64,000 bases of DNA from a virus (Duplodnaviria > Heunggongvirae > Uroviricota > Caudoviricetes), in the IMG/VR virus record IMGVR_UViG_3300042544_001887; one strand, written 5' to 3'. Positions 36,155 through 43,708 of this stretch are shown in pieces. Both the position numbers and the translations under genes were made by a program. The notes below the pieces were generated by a model. The model was not told where the DNA came from, made no database searches, and worked only from the letters and a program-made list of their open reading frames with translations. Numbering within the stretch: the stretch's first letter is position 1; each line of letters starts with the position of its first letter.

Positions 36155-36229
36155 GGGCTGTTGGTATAGTTGGGAACACAGTAGCTTTGCAAGCTTCAAT
36201 CACCGGTTCGAACCCGGTACGGTCCACCA
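36155..36229 (+). tRNA. tRNA-Ala (TGC)
   Basis: acceptor gggctgt/acggtcc with G3-U70 Ala identity pair, loop ttTGCaa, T-loop ttcgaac, CCA. Confidence 0.65.
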
Positions 36230-36236
36230 AAATAAT

Positions 36237-36280
36237 GCGGGATTAACTCAGTGGTAGATAAATACTTTAAATAGGAGATA
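36237..36280 (+). pseudogene. tRNA 5'-half remnant (duplicate of tRNA-Val 5' end)
   Basis: gcgggattaactcagtggtaga mirrors 5' end of tRNA at 36693; 3' half replaced by HNH gene RBS and ORF. Confidence 0.4.
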
Positions 36281-36288
36281 CTCTACCA

Positions 36289-36702
36289 ATGGCTAAAACG
36301 TTCAACTGTTTAAATTGTAGTAAAGAAAGTAAATGGAGTTATAGCAGCACTAACAAGTATTGCAGCGGCGATTGCTTTCAAGAACACAAATGGAAAACTG
36401 TAAAAAAACTTGAAGTAGAAGCAGGGTTAGTCAATGACGGAAGCCCTGCGTTAAAAAAATACCTTGTTGAAACAAAAGGTGAATGCTGTGAAGAGTGCAA
36501 AGTTGGCACTGTTTACAACGGAAAGCCATTAACACTAACTGTTGATCATATTGATGGTAATAGTGATAATAACTTTCCAGGCAACCTTAGACTTTTATGT
36601 CCTAATTGTCACAGTCAAACTGAAACATACAAAGGACGAAACAAAAAGAATAGTGCTCGTTCTCGATATATGAGAAAGTATAGAGATAATTTGCGGAATT
36701 AG
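36289..36702 (+). CDS. HNH homing endonuclease
   Basis: CxxC...CEECK...HIDGNSDNNFPGNLRLLCPNCH HNH motif; AGGAG RBS; embedded in tRNA cluster. Confidence 0.8.
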   Translation: MAKTFNCLNCSKESKWSYSSTNKYCSGDCFQEHKWKTVKKLEVEAGLVNDGSPALKKYLVETKGECCEECKVGTVYNGKPLTLTVDHIDGNSDNNFPGNLRLLCPNCHSQTETYKGRNKKNSARSRYMRKYRDNLRN

Positions 36703-36767
36703 CTCAGTGGTAGAGCAGGGGTTTTACACACCTCAGGCCGGGAGTTCGACCCTCTCATTCCGCACCA
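36693..36767 (+). tRNA. tRNA-Val (TAC)
   Basis: acceptor gcggaat/attccgc, loop ttTACac, T-loop ttcgacc, CCA; 5' end overlaps HNH stop. Confidence 0.7.
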
Positions 36768-36769
36768 AG

Positions 36770-36871
36770 TTTAGACTGGATATAATCACCCCTTGTGAGG
36801 GTGGCCCAAGGACTCAGTAACGAGATACAGCGAAGGGTTGTTGGTCAAGGCTGCAAACAGCCCAGTCTAAA
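36770..36871 (+). ncRNA. structured spacer RNA closed by 10-bp stem (tttagactgg/ccagtctaaa)
   Basis: perfect long-range stem with internal hairpins (cacccttgtgagggtg, ggctgcaaacagcc). Confidence 0.35.
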
Positions 36872-36878
36872 GCAATAC

Positions 36879-36967
36879 GGACACTTGGCAGAGATGGATT
36901 ATTGCACCGGTCTTGAAAACCGACGAACCGCAAGGTTCCCAGGGTTCGAATCCCTGAGTGTCCGCCA
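36879..36967 (+). tRNA. tRNA-Ser (TGA), type II
   Basis: acceptor ggacact/agtgtcc, loop ctTGAaa, long variable arm, T-loop ttcgaat, CCA. Confidence 0.65.
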
Positions 36968-37043
36968 TAAGCACACTAGCATCAGGCTAGTCCAGACCGT
37001 AAGGTTAACGGTGACAAGCGGGGAGAGACCCGCACAAAAATAC

Positions 37044-37120
37044 GGCCTGTTAGTCGAGTGGTTTAAGATGCCTGCCTGTCACGCAGGAGATGATGGGTTC
37101 AATTCCCATACAGGTCGCCA
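37044..37120 (+). tRNA. tRNA-Asp (GTC)
   Basis: acceptor ggcctgt/acaggtc, stem cctgc/gcagg loop ctGTCac, T-loop ttcaatt, CCA. Confidence 0.7.
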
Positions 37121-37135
37121 AATTGAAAGGAAGGC

Positions 37136-37233
37136 TCATAGTTTACGTTTAGCCCGTTACGACGGTTTGGGCGGAAAATGGTTGAGTCACGGCACGGGCG
37201 GGTCGGGGGCTGCGTGACGGCATTGAACTATGA
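37136..37233 (+). ncRNA. structured spacer RNA closed by 8-bp stem (tcatagtt/aactatga)
   Basis: long-range stem plus GC-rich hairpin gtcacg...cgtgac. Confidence 0.3.
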
Positions 37234-37272
37234 AGCAGTTGTCGGTCTGCGTTAACAAACACCGTCAAAATT

Positions 37273-37346
37273 GCGGGTATGGTGTAGCGGTAACATGCGA
37301 GCCTTCCAAGCTCTTGTCACGAGTTCGAATCTCGTTACCCGCTCCA
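37273..37346 (+). tRNA. tRNA-Gly (TCC)
   Basis: acceptor gcgggta/tacccgc, loop ctTCCaa, T-loop ttcgaat, CCA. Confidence 0.7.
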
Positions 37347-37371
37347 ATTTATCCGTATGTGAGAGGACAAT

Positions 37372-37638
37372 ATGAAAACAGAAGATGAAAAGAGAGAATT
37401 TTACGAGCGTTGCTCCTCTATGTTAGGAATAGCTCACGTTTACAACACGCCAGTTCCACGACGCAATAGATGGAACGCAAGACGACTGGGCAACGGACGT
37501 TATCCAGGATTTGGACTAATACAGTGCTACGGAAACGGAGCAAGAGTAGTTAGTCGACAAGGAACACGTATGTTTTATACATACGAAGCAGTTTATGAAT
37601 ATTTGCAGATTGTGCTTGACGCAACTGCAAAAGCGTAG
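37372..37638 (+). CDS. hypothetical protein inside tRNA cluster
   Basis: 88 aa, GAGAGGACAATATG RBS. Confidence 0.45.
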   Translation: MKTEDEKREFYERCSSMLGIAHVYNTPVPRRNRWNARRLGNGRYPGFGLIQCYGNGARVVSRQGTRMFYTYEAVYEYLQIVLDATAKA

Positions 37639-37653
37639 TATAAAAACTATAAC

Positions 37654-37729
37654 GCCCTTATAGCTCAGCTGGTAGAGCATCTGATTTGTAATCAGAGGGT
37701 CGGCGGTTCAAGTCCGTCTGGGGGCACCA
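37654..37729 (+). tRNA. tRNA-Thr (TGT)
   Basis: acceptor gccctta/tgggggc, stem tctga/tcaga loop ttTGTaa, T-loop ttcaagt, CCA. Confidence 0.7.
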
Positions 37730-37736
37730 AAATTAT

Positions 37737-37812
37737 GTCGCGTTAGCAAAAGGTTAATGCGTGTCCTGTGCAAAGGACAAGGACGGTGGTTAAACTCCCC
37801 GACGCGACTCCA
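37737..37812 (+). ncRNA. atypical tRNA-like gene (perfect acceptor+CCA, 8-nt anticodon-position loop, degenerate T-arm)
   Basis: acceptor gtcgcgt/acgcgac, D-stem gca/tgc, stem tgtcc/ggaca with loop tgtgcaaa, no TTC T-loop. Confidence 0.35.
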
Positions 37813-37818
37813 AATAAT

Positions 37819-37900
37819 GCGGATGTGGTGTAATGGTAGCCACGCTGGTCTTAGAAGCCAGTGCGTAAGCGTGAGAGTTCGAGTCTCTCCATCCGCACCA
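37819..37900 (+). tRNA. tRNA-Leu (TAG), type II
   Basis: acceptor gcggatg/catccgc, loop ctTAGaa, long variable arm, T-loop ttcgagt, CCA. Confidence 0.7.
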
Positions 37901-37944
37901 AAATATTTCTTATCTTAAAAAGTTTTAAATTTAGAAAGATTAAC

Positions 37945-38388
37945 ATGCAATTTTATGAAAAAGTAACTTTTTTACCAAGCATTCCAGAAGGTTTAATAAA
38001 ACCTTTAGATATAATCGAATCGATGCCGAATGTTTTTCCAGATCCGGATTACGCTCATACTTATGCCAGCTATAAGGCAAATGACGATTTACAAGCTTGG
38101 GCACAAAGTTATTTTGACTTTCCTGTACTTGCAAGATATCAGGTGATTAAACAACAATTGCCTATTCATGTTGACGTTGGAATTGTAGGAATAAAATATA
38201 ACTACCTTATTAGCAGGGGTGGTGACGATGTAAAAACAAGATGGTGGGATAGTGTAGAAAATCCTTCAAAAATACTTTTTGAAACTACTTCGCCATTACG
38301 TGTGTGGCACAGCTTAAACATCGAAGTGCCACACGATATAACAGAAATTAGTTATCCTAGAATTAGTGTAACTATAAGAAAAAAATAG
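37945..38388 (+). CDS. hypothetical protein
   Basis: first ATG after tRNA-Leu; track ORF start overlaps the tRNA. Confidence 0.4.
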   Translation: MQFYEKVTFLPSIPEGLIKPLDIIESMPNVFPDPDYAHTYASYKANDDLQAWAQSYFDFPVLARYQVIKQQLPIHVDVGIVGIKYNYLISRGGDDVKTRWWDSVENPSKILFETTSPLRVWHSLNIEVPHDITEISYPRISVTIRKK

Positions 38389-38416
38389 TAATAACTTTTT
38401 TAAAGAAAAATACTGT

Positions 38417-38492
38417 TGGGAAGTAGCTCAATTGGTAGAGTAGCGGACTTTGAATCCGTTGGTTGGTGGTTCGAATCCACCCTTCCCAGCCA
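38417..38492 (+). tRNA. tRNA-Gln (TTG)
   Basis: U1-A72 acceptor tgggaag/cttccca, loop ctTTGaa, T-arm ggtgg-ttcgaat-ccacc, CCA. Confidence 0.7.
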
Positions 38493-38498
38493 AGATAT

Positions 38499-38575
38499 CG
38501 GAGTATAGCACAGCCTGGTAGTGCGATGGTTTTGGGTACCATAGGTCGAGGGTTCGAATCCTTCTACTCCGACCA
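38499..38575 (+). tRNA. tRNA-Pro (TGG)
   Basis: C1-G72 acceptor cggagta/tactccg, stem atggt/accat loop ttTGGgt, T-loop ttcgaat, CCA. Confidence 0.7.
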
Positions 38576-38792
38576 CGATTAAACTGTTGATCTAACCTCG
38601 GACTCGAACAAATAGCCATAGGCTTAGGCAGGTAGTACGGCGGATTAGTGTTAGACAACATTCGGACCAAGTAATCCGTGAGGTCCAGCTATTAGTGATG
38701 GCGGGGACGAACAAGCGGCTGATTTGGTATCAGTCGTGAGGCGGTAAGCTGCACCATAGGTGTCGTAGGCCGGGACTTGTTCAATTTATTAT

Positions 38793-38870
38793 CTGGGTAT
38801 AGCTCAGTCTGTGAAGAGTGCTCGCCTTGGAAGCGAGAGGTCGCTGGTTCAAATCCAGTTACCCAGACCA
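38793..38870 (+). tRNA. tRNA with TGG-type anticodon loop (second Pro-like, identity uncertain)
   Basis: acceptor ctgggta/tacccag, stem ctcgc/gcgag loop ctTGGaa, T-loop ttcaaat, CCA. Confidence 0.5.
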
Positions 38871-38877
38871 AAATAAC

Positions 38878-38952
38878 GCGGTGTTGGACAAGATGGATTG
38901 TCAGAGGATTCTAAACCTTAGTAGGCAGGATCGTTACCTGTACGCCGCACCA
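38878..38952 (+). ncRNA. 75-nt tRNA-like gene with candidate CUA (amber-reading) anticodon and swapped A54/U58 T-loop
   Basis: perfect cloverleaf spacing 7/2/4/8/4/1/5/7/5/4/5/7/5/7+A+CCA; acceptor gcggtgt/acgccgc, D-arm gaca/tgtc, T-stem gcagg/cctgt loop atcgtta; anticodon stem weak (3 of 5 bp), loop ttCTAaa. Confidence 0.3.
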
Positions 38953-39065
38953 ATACACACATATGATGCCGTAGCCCGACGCTGGTATGTGTGAAACCTA
39001 AATATCGGGCATGTAATTTAATAAAGGAAAGAAAAATGTCGTAGATTGAATATGCTTGTAAAGAT

Positions 39066-39602
39066 GTGGTGTTCCACTTTAACAAAAAACACTTGGAAGA
39101 TGAAACTATTCCGATGTGGGTGATTAAGTTTCGAGGCGAAACCTATTATGTAAATCATGTCGAATGTAGTGTTCCGTGGAGTACAAAAGAAACGCCTGAT
39201 AACAATCACACTAAAGGCAGTATCAAAGTCAAGGATTGTTTAGTTATTATTGATGATGAGAACTGTGCTAACATTCGTGTGTTAACTCCAGCAGATCGTT
39301 TGCGTCTTACTAAAGAACAAACTGTAAGAGTTATTACCGAGCAAGGAGCAAAACTGCGTACTGCACTACAGAACATGGCACATGGTCCGATTAAGTTAGC
39401 AGGTGGAGGATGTGGCACTACTTGGTATATCACAGATATTCCCAGTAAGAAACATTTAACAATACTACAACTACAGATTCCTTATATTAGGCAATTGATG
39501 CCCAATGAGGATTATTACAAGAAATATGATCAAACATCTTCAGATACTGAATGGTTAGATGATGATGACGACTACGAGTGGGAAGACCTTTATGAAAATT
39601 GA
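39066..39602 (+). CDS. hypothetical protein
   Basis: 178 aa. Confidence 0.45.
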   Translation: MVFHFNKKHLEDETIPMWVIKFRGETYYVNHVECSVPWSTKETPDNNHTKGSIKVKDCLVIIDDENCANIRVLTPADRLRLTKEQTVRVITEQGAKLRTALQNMAHGPIKLAGGGCGTTWYITDIPSKKHLTILQLQIPYIRQLMPNEDYYKKYDQTSSDTEWLDDDDDYEWEDLYEN

Positions 39603-39771
39603 AGTGCCTCACTCGTTACTAAAAGAAGTCTGTGCTACAATTCGTCAATTCAAATTAAGGCACGGGCCATTCTACAAACTGTTAAATAGCTATAGGATAT
39701 ATTTGTATCCAAGTAGTAAATTAAGTTTGTTTTTGATTAAACATTCTAGCACTGTTACAGTGCTAGAATAA
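39592..39771 (+). CDS. small hypothetical protein (59 aa)
   Basis: ATG overlapping upstream stop. Confidence 0.3.
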   Translation: MKIEVPHSLLKEVCATIRQFKLRHGPFYKLLNSYRIYLYPSSKLSLFLIKHSSTVTVLE

Positions 39772-39772
39772 T

Positions 39773-39847
39773 GCGGGCGTAGCTCAGGGGTAGAGCGTCA
39801 CCTTGCCAAGGTGAATGTCGTGGGTTCGAATCCCATCGCCCGCTCCA
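39773..39847 (+). tRNA. tRNA-Gly (GCC)
   Basis: acceptor gcgggcg/cgcccgc, stem tcacc/ggtga loop ttGCCaa, T-loop ttcgaat, CCA; preceded by 10-bp hairpin 39745-39768. Confidence 0.7.
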
Positions 39848-39865
39848 ATTGTTGAAAGATATTGT

Positions 39866-40447
39866 ATGAGTAAAATAGAGCACTTTTATCATCTTCCGCA
39901 CTTCGAAGAAGAATGGTTTACATATTCGGCTTTATATTCTGATATGGTAGCTAAATTTCCATCCGGAAGTAAGTTTGTTGAAGTCGGTTGTTGGAAGGGA
40001 AGATCTGCTGCTTATATGTGTGTAGAAATTGCTAATTCAAAAAAAGACATTGATTTTTATTGTGTTGACTTTTGGCATGTATCAGCAGAGCATGAAATAG
40101 AAGAACCCCATCTAAAAAATTTGTATGAAATTTTTCTTTCTAATATGAAACCAGTTGAAGCTTTTTATAAGCCAATGAAAATACCGTCGTCTGATGCTGC
40201 AAAAAAATTTAAAGACGAAAGTTTAGATTTTGTTTTTATTGATGCTGGACATCAATACGATGAAGTAAAAGATGATATTCTTGCATGGTATCCAAAAATT
40301 AAAAAAGGTGGCATACTAGCAGGACATGATTTTTATCCAACTGAGCCAACTTGGGGAGATGTTTCTAAAGTAGTAAACGAACTTTTTCCAAATAATTATG
40401 AAGTTTTAATAGAACAAAGTTGCTTTCTAGTAAATAAGCCGGTATAG
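39866..40447 (+). CDS. class I SAM-dependent methyltransferase (CmcI/TylF-like)
   Basis: VEVGCWKGRSAAYM motif I-like, FIDAGHQYDEV, GGILAGHDF; stop overlaps next tRNA. Confidence 0.5.
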   Translation: MSKIEHFYHLPHFEEEWFTYSALYSDMVAKFPSGSKFVEVGCWKGRSAAYMCVEIANSKKDIDFYCVDFWHVSAEHEIEEPHLKNLYEIFLSNMKPVEAFYKPMKIPSSDAAKKFKDESLDFVFIDAGHQYDEVKDDILAWYPKIKKGGILAGHDFYPTEPTWGDVSKVVNELFPNNYEVLIEQSCFLVNKPV

Positions 40448-40511
40448 CTGAGTGGTTTAGCAGCTGATTAGTAATCAGCTGACGGGAGTTCGATTCTCTC
40501 TACCGGCACCA
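40438..40511 (+). tRNA. tRNA-Thr-like, apparent anticodon AGT (A34)
   Basis: acceptor gccggta/taccggc, stem gctga/tcagc loop ttAGTaa (part of 10-bp perfect palindrome), T-loop ttcgatt, CCA. Confidence 0.55.
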
Positions 40512-40546
40512 AATCTAAATTTTTTATTAATTAATAGGTATCCAAG

Positions 40547-41302
40547 TTGAAAATAGTCGACGAAAGAAAAGATCCAAATTTTGGAACAGTAATGAATTTT
40601 GAACATATTAGTTTGCCTCCTCAAGGGTATAACGGTAAACTGTTTTTAGATTTTTCTAAGTATGCTAATTTTGATTTTGAAAAAATGGATACAGAAATAT
40701 GTTTAGCATTATCAAAAATTGATTTAAATAAATATCCTATTGTTTCGGGGGTTATGCCTCCAAAATTAAAATACGGAATATTTGAAAATGAAGTAATGTA
40801 CAACTTTACTGGAGATAGAGAAAATTTAAAAAATCTTTCTCCAATGGAGATGCGTAAATTTTTGTTTTTTAAACACAAAACTCTTTTACCTTGGTTCTTT
40901 GTTGTAGACTTAAAACCGAGTCTCTTTTTTGAAAGATCGGAAGATAAACATCCGTGGAGCGAAGTTAGTAAACTTACTCCATATACAAGACAGTGCATTG
41001 AGAGTCTTCCTTTCAAATCAATAGGCAGAGTAGTTATATATGGATCTTGGCCACAAGCTGAAGTACCATGCCACAGAGATTGGATACCCGACGGTGTTTT
41101 CCATCATCATATAAATCTTAATCCTGGTGGATACAGACCAGTCTACATTTATGATCCTGAAACAGATACAAAGAATTATTTACCGGAAAGCTATAAGTTG
41201 TATGCTTATCAAACAACCGATTACCACGGCGTAGATGCTCTTACGCATTTTAGTTATACAATACGCATAGACGGAATTTATAATGACGACGTAGAATTGT
41301 AA
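40547..41302 (+). CDS. hypothetical protein (possible metal-binding HxD...H fold)
   Basis: 251 aa; PCHRDW and HHHINLN motifs only. Confidence 0.45.
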   Translation: MKIVDERKDPNFGTVMNFEHISLPPQGYNGKLFLDFSKYANFDFEKMDTEICLALSKIDLNKYPIVSGVMPPKLKYGIFENEVMYNFTGDRENLKNLSPMEMRKFLFFKHKTLLPWFFVVDLKPSLFFERSEDKHPWSEVSKLTPYTRQCIESLPFKSIGRVVIYGSWPQAEVPCHRDWIPDGVFHHHINLNPGGYRPVYIYDPETDTKNYLPESYKLYAYQTTDYHGVDALTHFSYTIRIDGIYNDDVEL

Positions 41303-41376
41303 TTTACAAATTTGAAAACGTTAAAAAACGATAATATAAATACTGTAAATTATTAACAAATAGTGAAATATATAAA

Positions 41377-42138
41377 ATGAATTATCACATAAAAAACTTT
41401 ATTATCCCTATACATGTCTTATTTTTAGTATCACTAATTGGTATGTATTTAAATATAATCGATTTTCATATTTGGTTATTTTTAATAGGGTGGACTTTGA
41501 TCTATGGGCTAGGTCTTGTTGTAGGATTTCATAAATTGTTATCCCATAGCTCTTTTAAAACAAACAAATACATATCTTATGTGTTAGCTTACTTAGGATG
41601 CTTAGGAATTAGCGGATCACCTATATGGTGGGCTGCTATACATAGAGGACATCATCATGCTCATACTGAGACTGAAAAAGACCTTCAAAGTCCACGTCGT
41701 GGATGGCTTACATCTTACATAGGTTGGCAGTTTGGTGAAGAAACAAGTAAAATAAGTTTAAAGTATGCATCTGATTTAATAAAAGATCCTTTTTATCTTT
41801 TTTTACACAAGAATTATAGATTAGTTGTTTGGAGTACAGTGATTATTGTTGGTATGTTGTCACCATCTGTTGCAGTTTCATTATTAATATTTCCGATGAT
41901 TGCAGCACACCATGGAGAAAATATTACCAATTCATTTGGTCATAGCAGGTTTGCTGGTTACAGAAATTTTAATACCAACGACGACACTATAAATAACCCA
42001 TTGTTAGCATTTATAACTTGGGGTCAGCTTTTGCATAACAATCATCATGCTAAGCCAAATAACGATAGTTTTGCCATTAAATGGTTTGAATTTGATCCAA
42101 CTTCTCCTTTTGTATGGATTTTAAAAAAACTAAAATAG
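41377..42138 (+). CDS. membrane fatty-acid desaturase (stearoyl-CoA desaturase-like)
   Basis: three His boxes HKLLSH, HRGHHHAH, HNNHHAKP plus TM helices. Confidence 0.75.
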   Translation: MNYHIKNFIIPIHVLFLVSLIGMYLNIIDFHIWLFLIGWTLIYGLGLVVGFHKLLSHSSFKTNKYISYVLAYLGCLGISGSPIWWAAIHRGHHHAHTETEKDLQSPRRGWLTSYIGWQFGEETSKISLKYASDLIKDPFYLFLHKNYRLVVWSTVIIVGMLSPSVAVSLLIFPMIAAHHGENITNSFGHSRFAGYRNFNTNDDTINNPLLAFITWGQLLHNNHHAKPNNDSFAIKWFEFDPTSPFVWILKKLK

Positions 42139-42195
42139 TTACAATATAAACATTTTTCTGTAACAGAAAAAAAATAAAAAAGTTGAAAAAAGTGG

Positions 42196-42224
42196 TTGAC
42201 CTTTGAGGCAACATGCACTATATT
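42196..42224 (+). promoter_or_regulatory. strong sigma70 consensus promoter
   Basis: TTGACC-N17-TATATT. Confidence 0.6.
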
Positions 42225-42255
42225 AACTACATAAGCAGCAAATGTGTTGCTTACA

Positions 42256-42268
42256 CGCTCTTTGAAAA
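42256..42268 (+). promoter_or_regulatory. boxA-like antitermination element
   Basis: CGCTCTTTGAAAA; same 22-nt leader as at 35308-35334. Confidence 0.45.
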
Positions 42269-42269
42269 T

Positions 42270-43370
42270 TTAGTAACTTAACTGCAATAATCAACAGTTT
42301 AGCGAAAGGCTAAAGATTGTGGTTGTGCTGAGTAATTAACAGTTTAAATCAGCAAGTGATGCGTGATTAGGTAAACTGTTGTTTATTGCAGTTTTTAAGA
42401 TGGGCGGCTTAGCGTCCACGTAAGGGTAAGTGCGGTAACGCACCCAAAGGCAGGTTTCCTATAAACTGCCGCCAGCAATGGTCCACCTAAGCAAGCCTGA
42501 ACTAAGGTTGACTCGGTTTAACCCGAAAGCAACCTCCGTCCTTAGGCGGGCGGTAGGCAGTAAGTTAGAGTTGTAGTCCGAAAGGATAGGCACAGAGCCG
42601 GTCGGTGAGTGCTAAGAGGCTGTGGTGGCTGAACTGCAACATACCAAACTAACGAATGCTGAAGGTTAACAGGTAGCTACACTGTCTGAGCCCGCAAGCA
42701 AAGGCATGGTAGCATCACAAGAGTGGAAGGGTTAGGCCCCGGATACTTGAAGTGACGTTGAGTAGCTCGCAAGGCAAAAGACAGTCGGTGTGTTGTATAC
42801 TGTATCTAACAAGGTATGGTGCAACTGGGACAGCACATCGAAGTAGGTTCGCAATATTGCATAACGGTAATGCAATCGTCTTATGAAACGATGGATTGTA
42901 GGTTCAACTCCTACTATTGAAACAAAAGCGAAAGACTGTCCCGGTACGTTGTGAAAGGTGGTTAATGCCACACTCGCAAGAGAATGTGGTCTACGGATGC
43001 TCGCAAGGCTGATGTAGTTGTTCGGAAAGATAGCGTAAGGGTTTAGCGACTCTGAACTGCTCGCAAGGCAGACGAAGGATAGAAGGACGAGTAGCAACGT
43101 GCGACGAGAGAAACGCCACTCTCCAAAAAAGGCACCACTGGGAGATACAGGATGACCGTAAAAGGCTTCTGTGGATAACGAGAGAACGTGGCTCGCAAGG
43201 CTAACGGTAATGCTCAAAGGCTCCTAACGCAAGGCATAATCTCAGCCTATGCAAAAGTTTAAGTTTTAACTAACTTAACTTGTTGAACAGTTTTCGAGTT
43301 CCGACCCACTTGGAAGTAGGCGACTACTCCATTTCCGAGACTGTTCAACTAGTTAAGTTTCTACTTTAAA
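42270..43370 (+). ncRNA. large structured non-coding RNA candidate (about 1.1 kb, ORF-free, GNRA-rich)
   Basis: no credible ORF on either strand; seven cgcaag motifs, four as GCTCGCAAGGC; many local and long-range stems; lies between boxA leader and tRNAs. Confidence 0.4.
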
Positions 43371-43371
43371 C

Positions 43372-43456
43372 AATACACAAGGCGTAGGCCACGCCGATGT
43401 TATGGTAACAGGTTTGCCTTGTGGCAGGCTCGGTGGTTCGATTCCACAGTGTATTG
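43372..43456 (+). ncRNA. tRNA-like RNA (acceptor, D-arm and T-arm present; anticodon arm aberrant)
   Basis: acceptor aatacac/gtgtatt, D-stem ggcg/cgcc, T-loop ttcgatt; no CCA. Confidence 0.3.
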
Positions 43457-43472
43457 TTTAAAATAGAATTAT

Positions 43473-43548
43473 TGCGGGGTAGAGAAGCGGCATCTCGTTT
43501 GGCTCATAACCAAAAGATCGTGGGTTCGAGTCCCACCCATCGCAACCA
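43473..43548 (+). tRNA. tRNA-Met/fMet-like (CAT)
   Basis: D-stem gaga/tctc, stem tttgg/ccaaa loop ctCATaa, T-arm gtggg-ttcgagt-cccac, 3' end cgcaacca like initiator tRNA; acceptor pairing imperfect. Confidence 0.55.
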
Positions 43549-43708
43549 AAATTTAGCTTAAGCTAAAATTTATATTATTTAAAGAAGTGAGATTTAAAAA
43601 CATTCTAGTTCTCACTATAGGCGTAAAAAGAAACACATAGTTGTTTGAAGGCAGCTGGGCCCGTTAAAGTTGTACTAGACAAATGCTGATGCCATCTTTA
43701 AATAATTT

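Noticed and set aside
36795-37217. 140-aa plus-strand ORF spanning tRNA-Ser and tRNA-Asp
   Set aside because: It overlaps two tRNA genes and a structured spacer, has no RBS and an implausible Gly/Arg-rich product.
38793-38870. Assigning this tRNA confidently as a second tRNA-Pro
   Set aside because: The anticodon loop reads TGG with a perfect stem, but the 3' half resembles Gln-type tRNAs; the isotype is left open rather than claiming duplicate Pro.
42732-43217. 161-aa minus-strand ORF inside the 1.1 kb structured RNA
   Set aside because: No start context; it crosses repeated GCTCGCAAGGC stems; the opposite strand carries promoter, boxA and tRNAs, so the region is non-coding on the plus strand.
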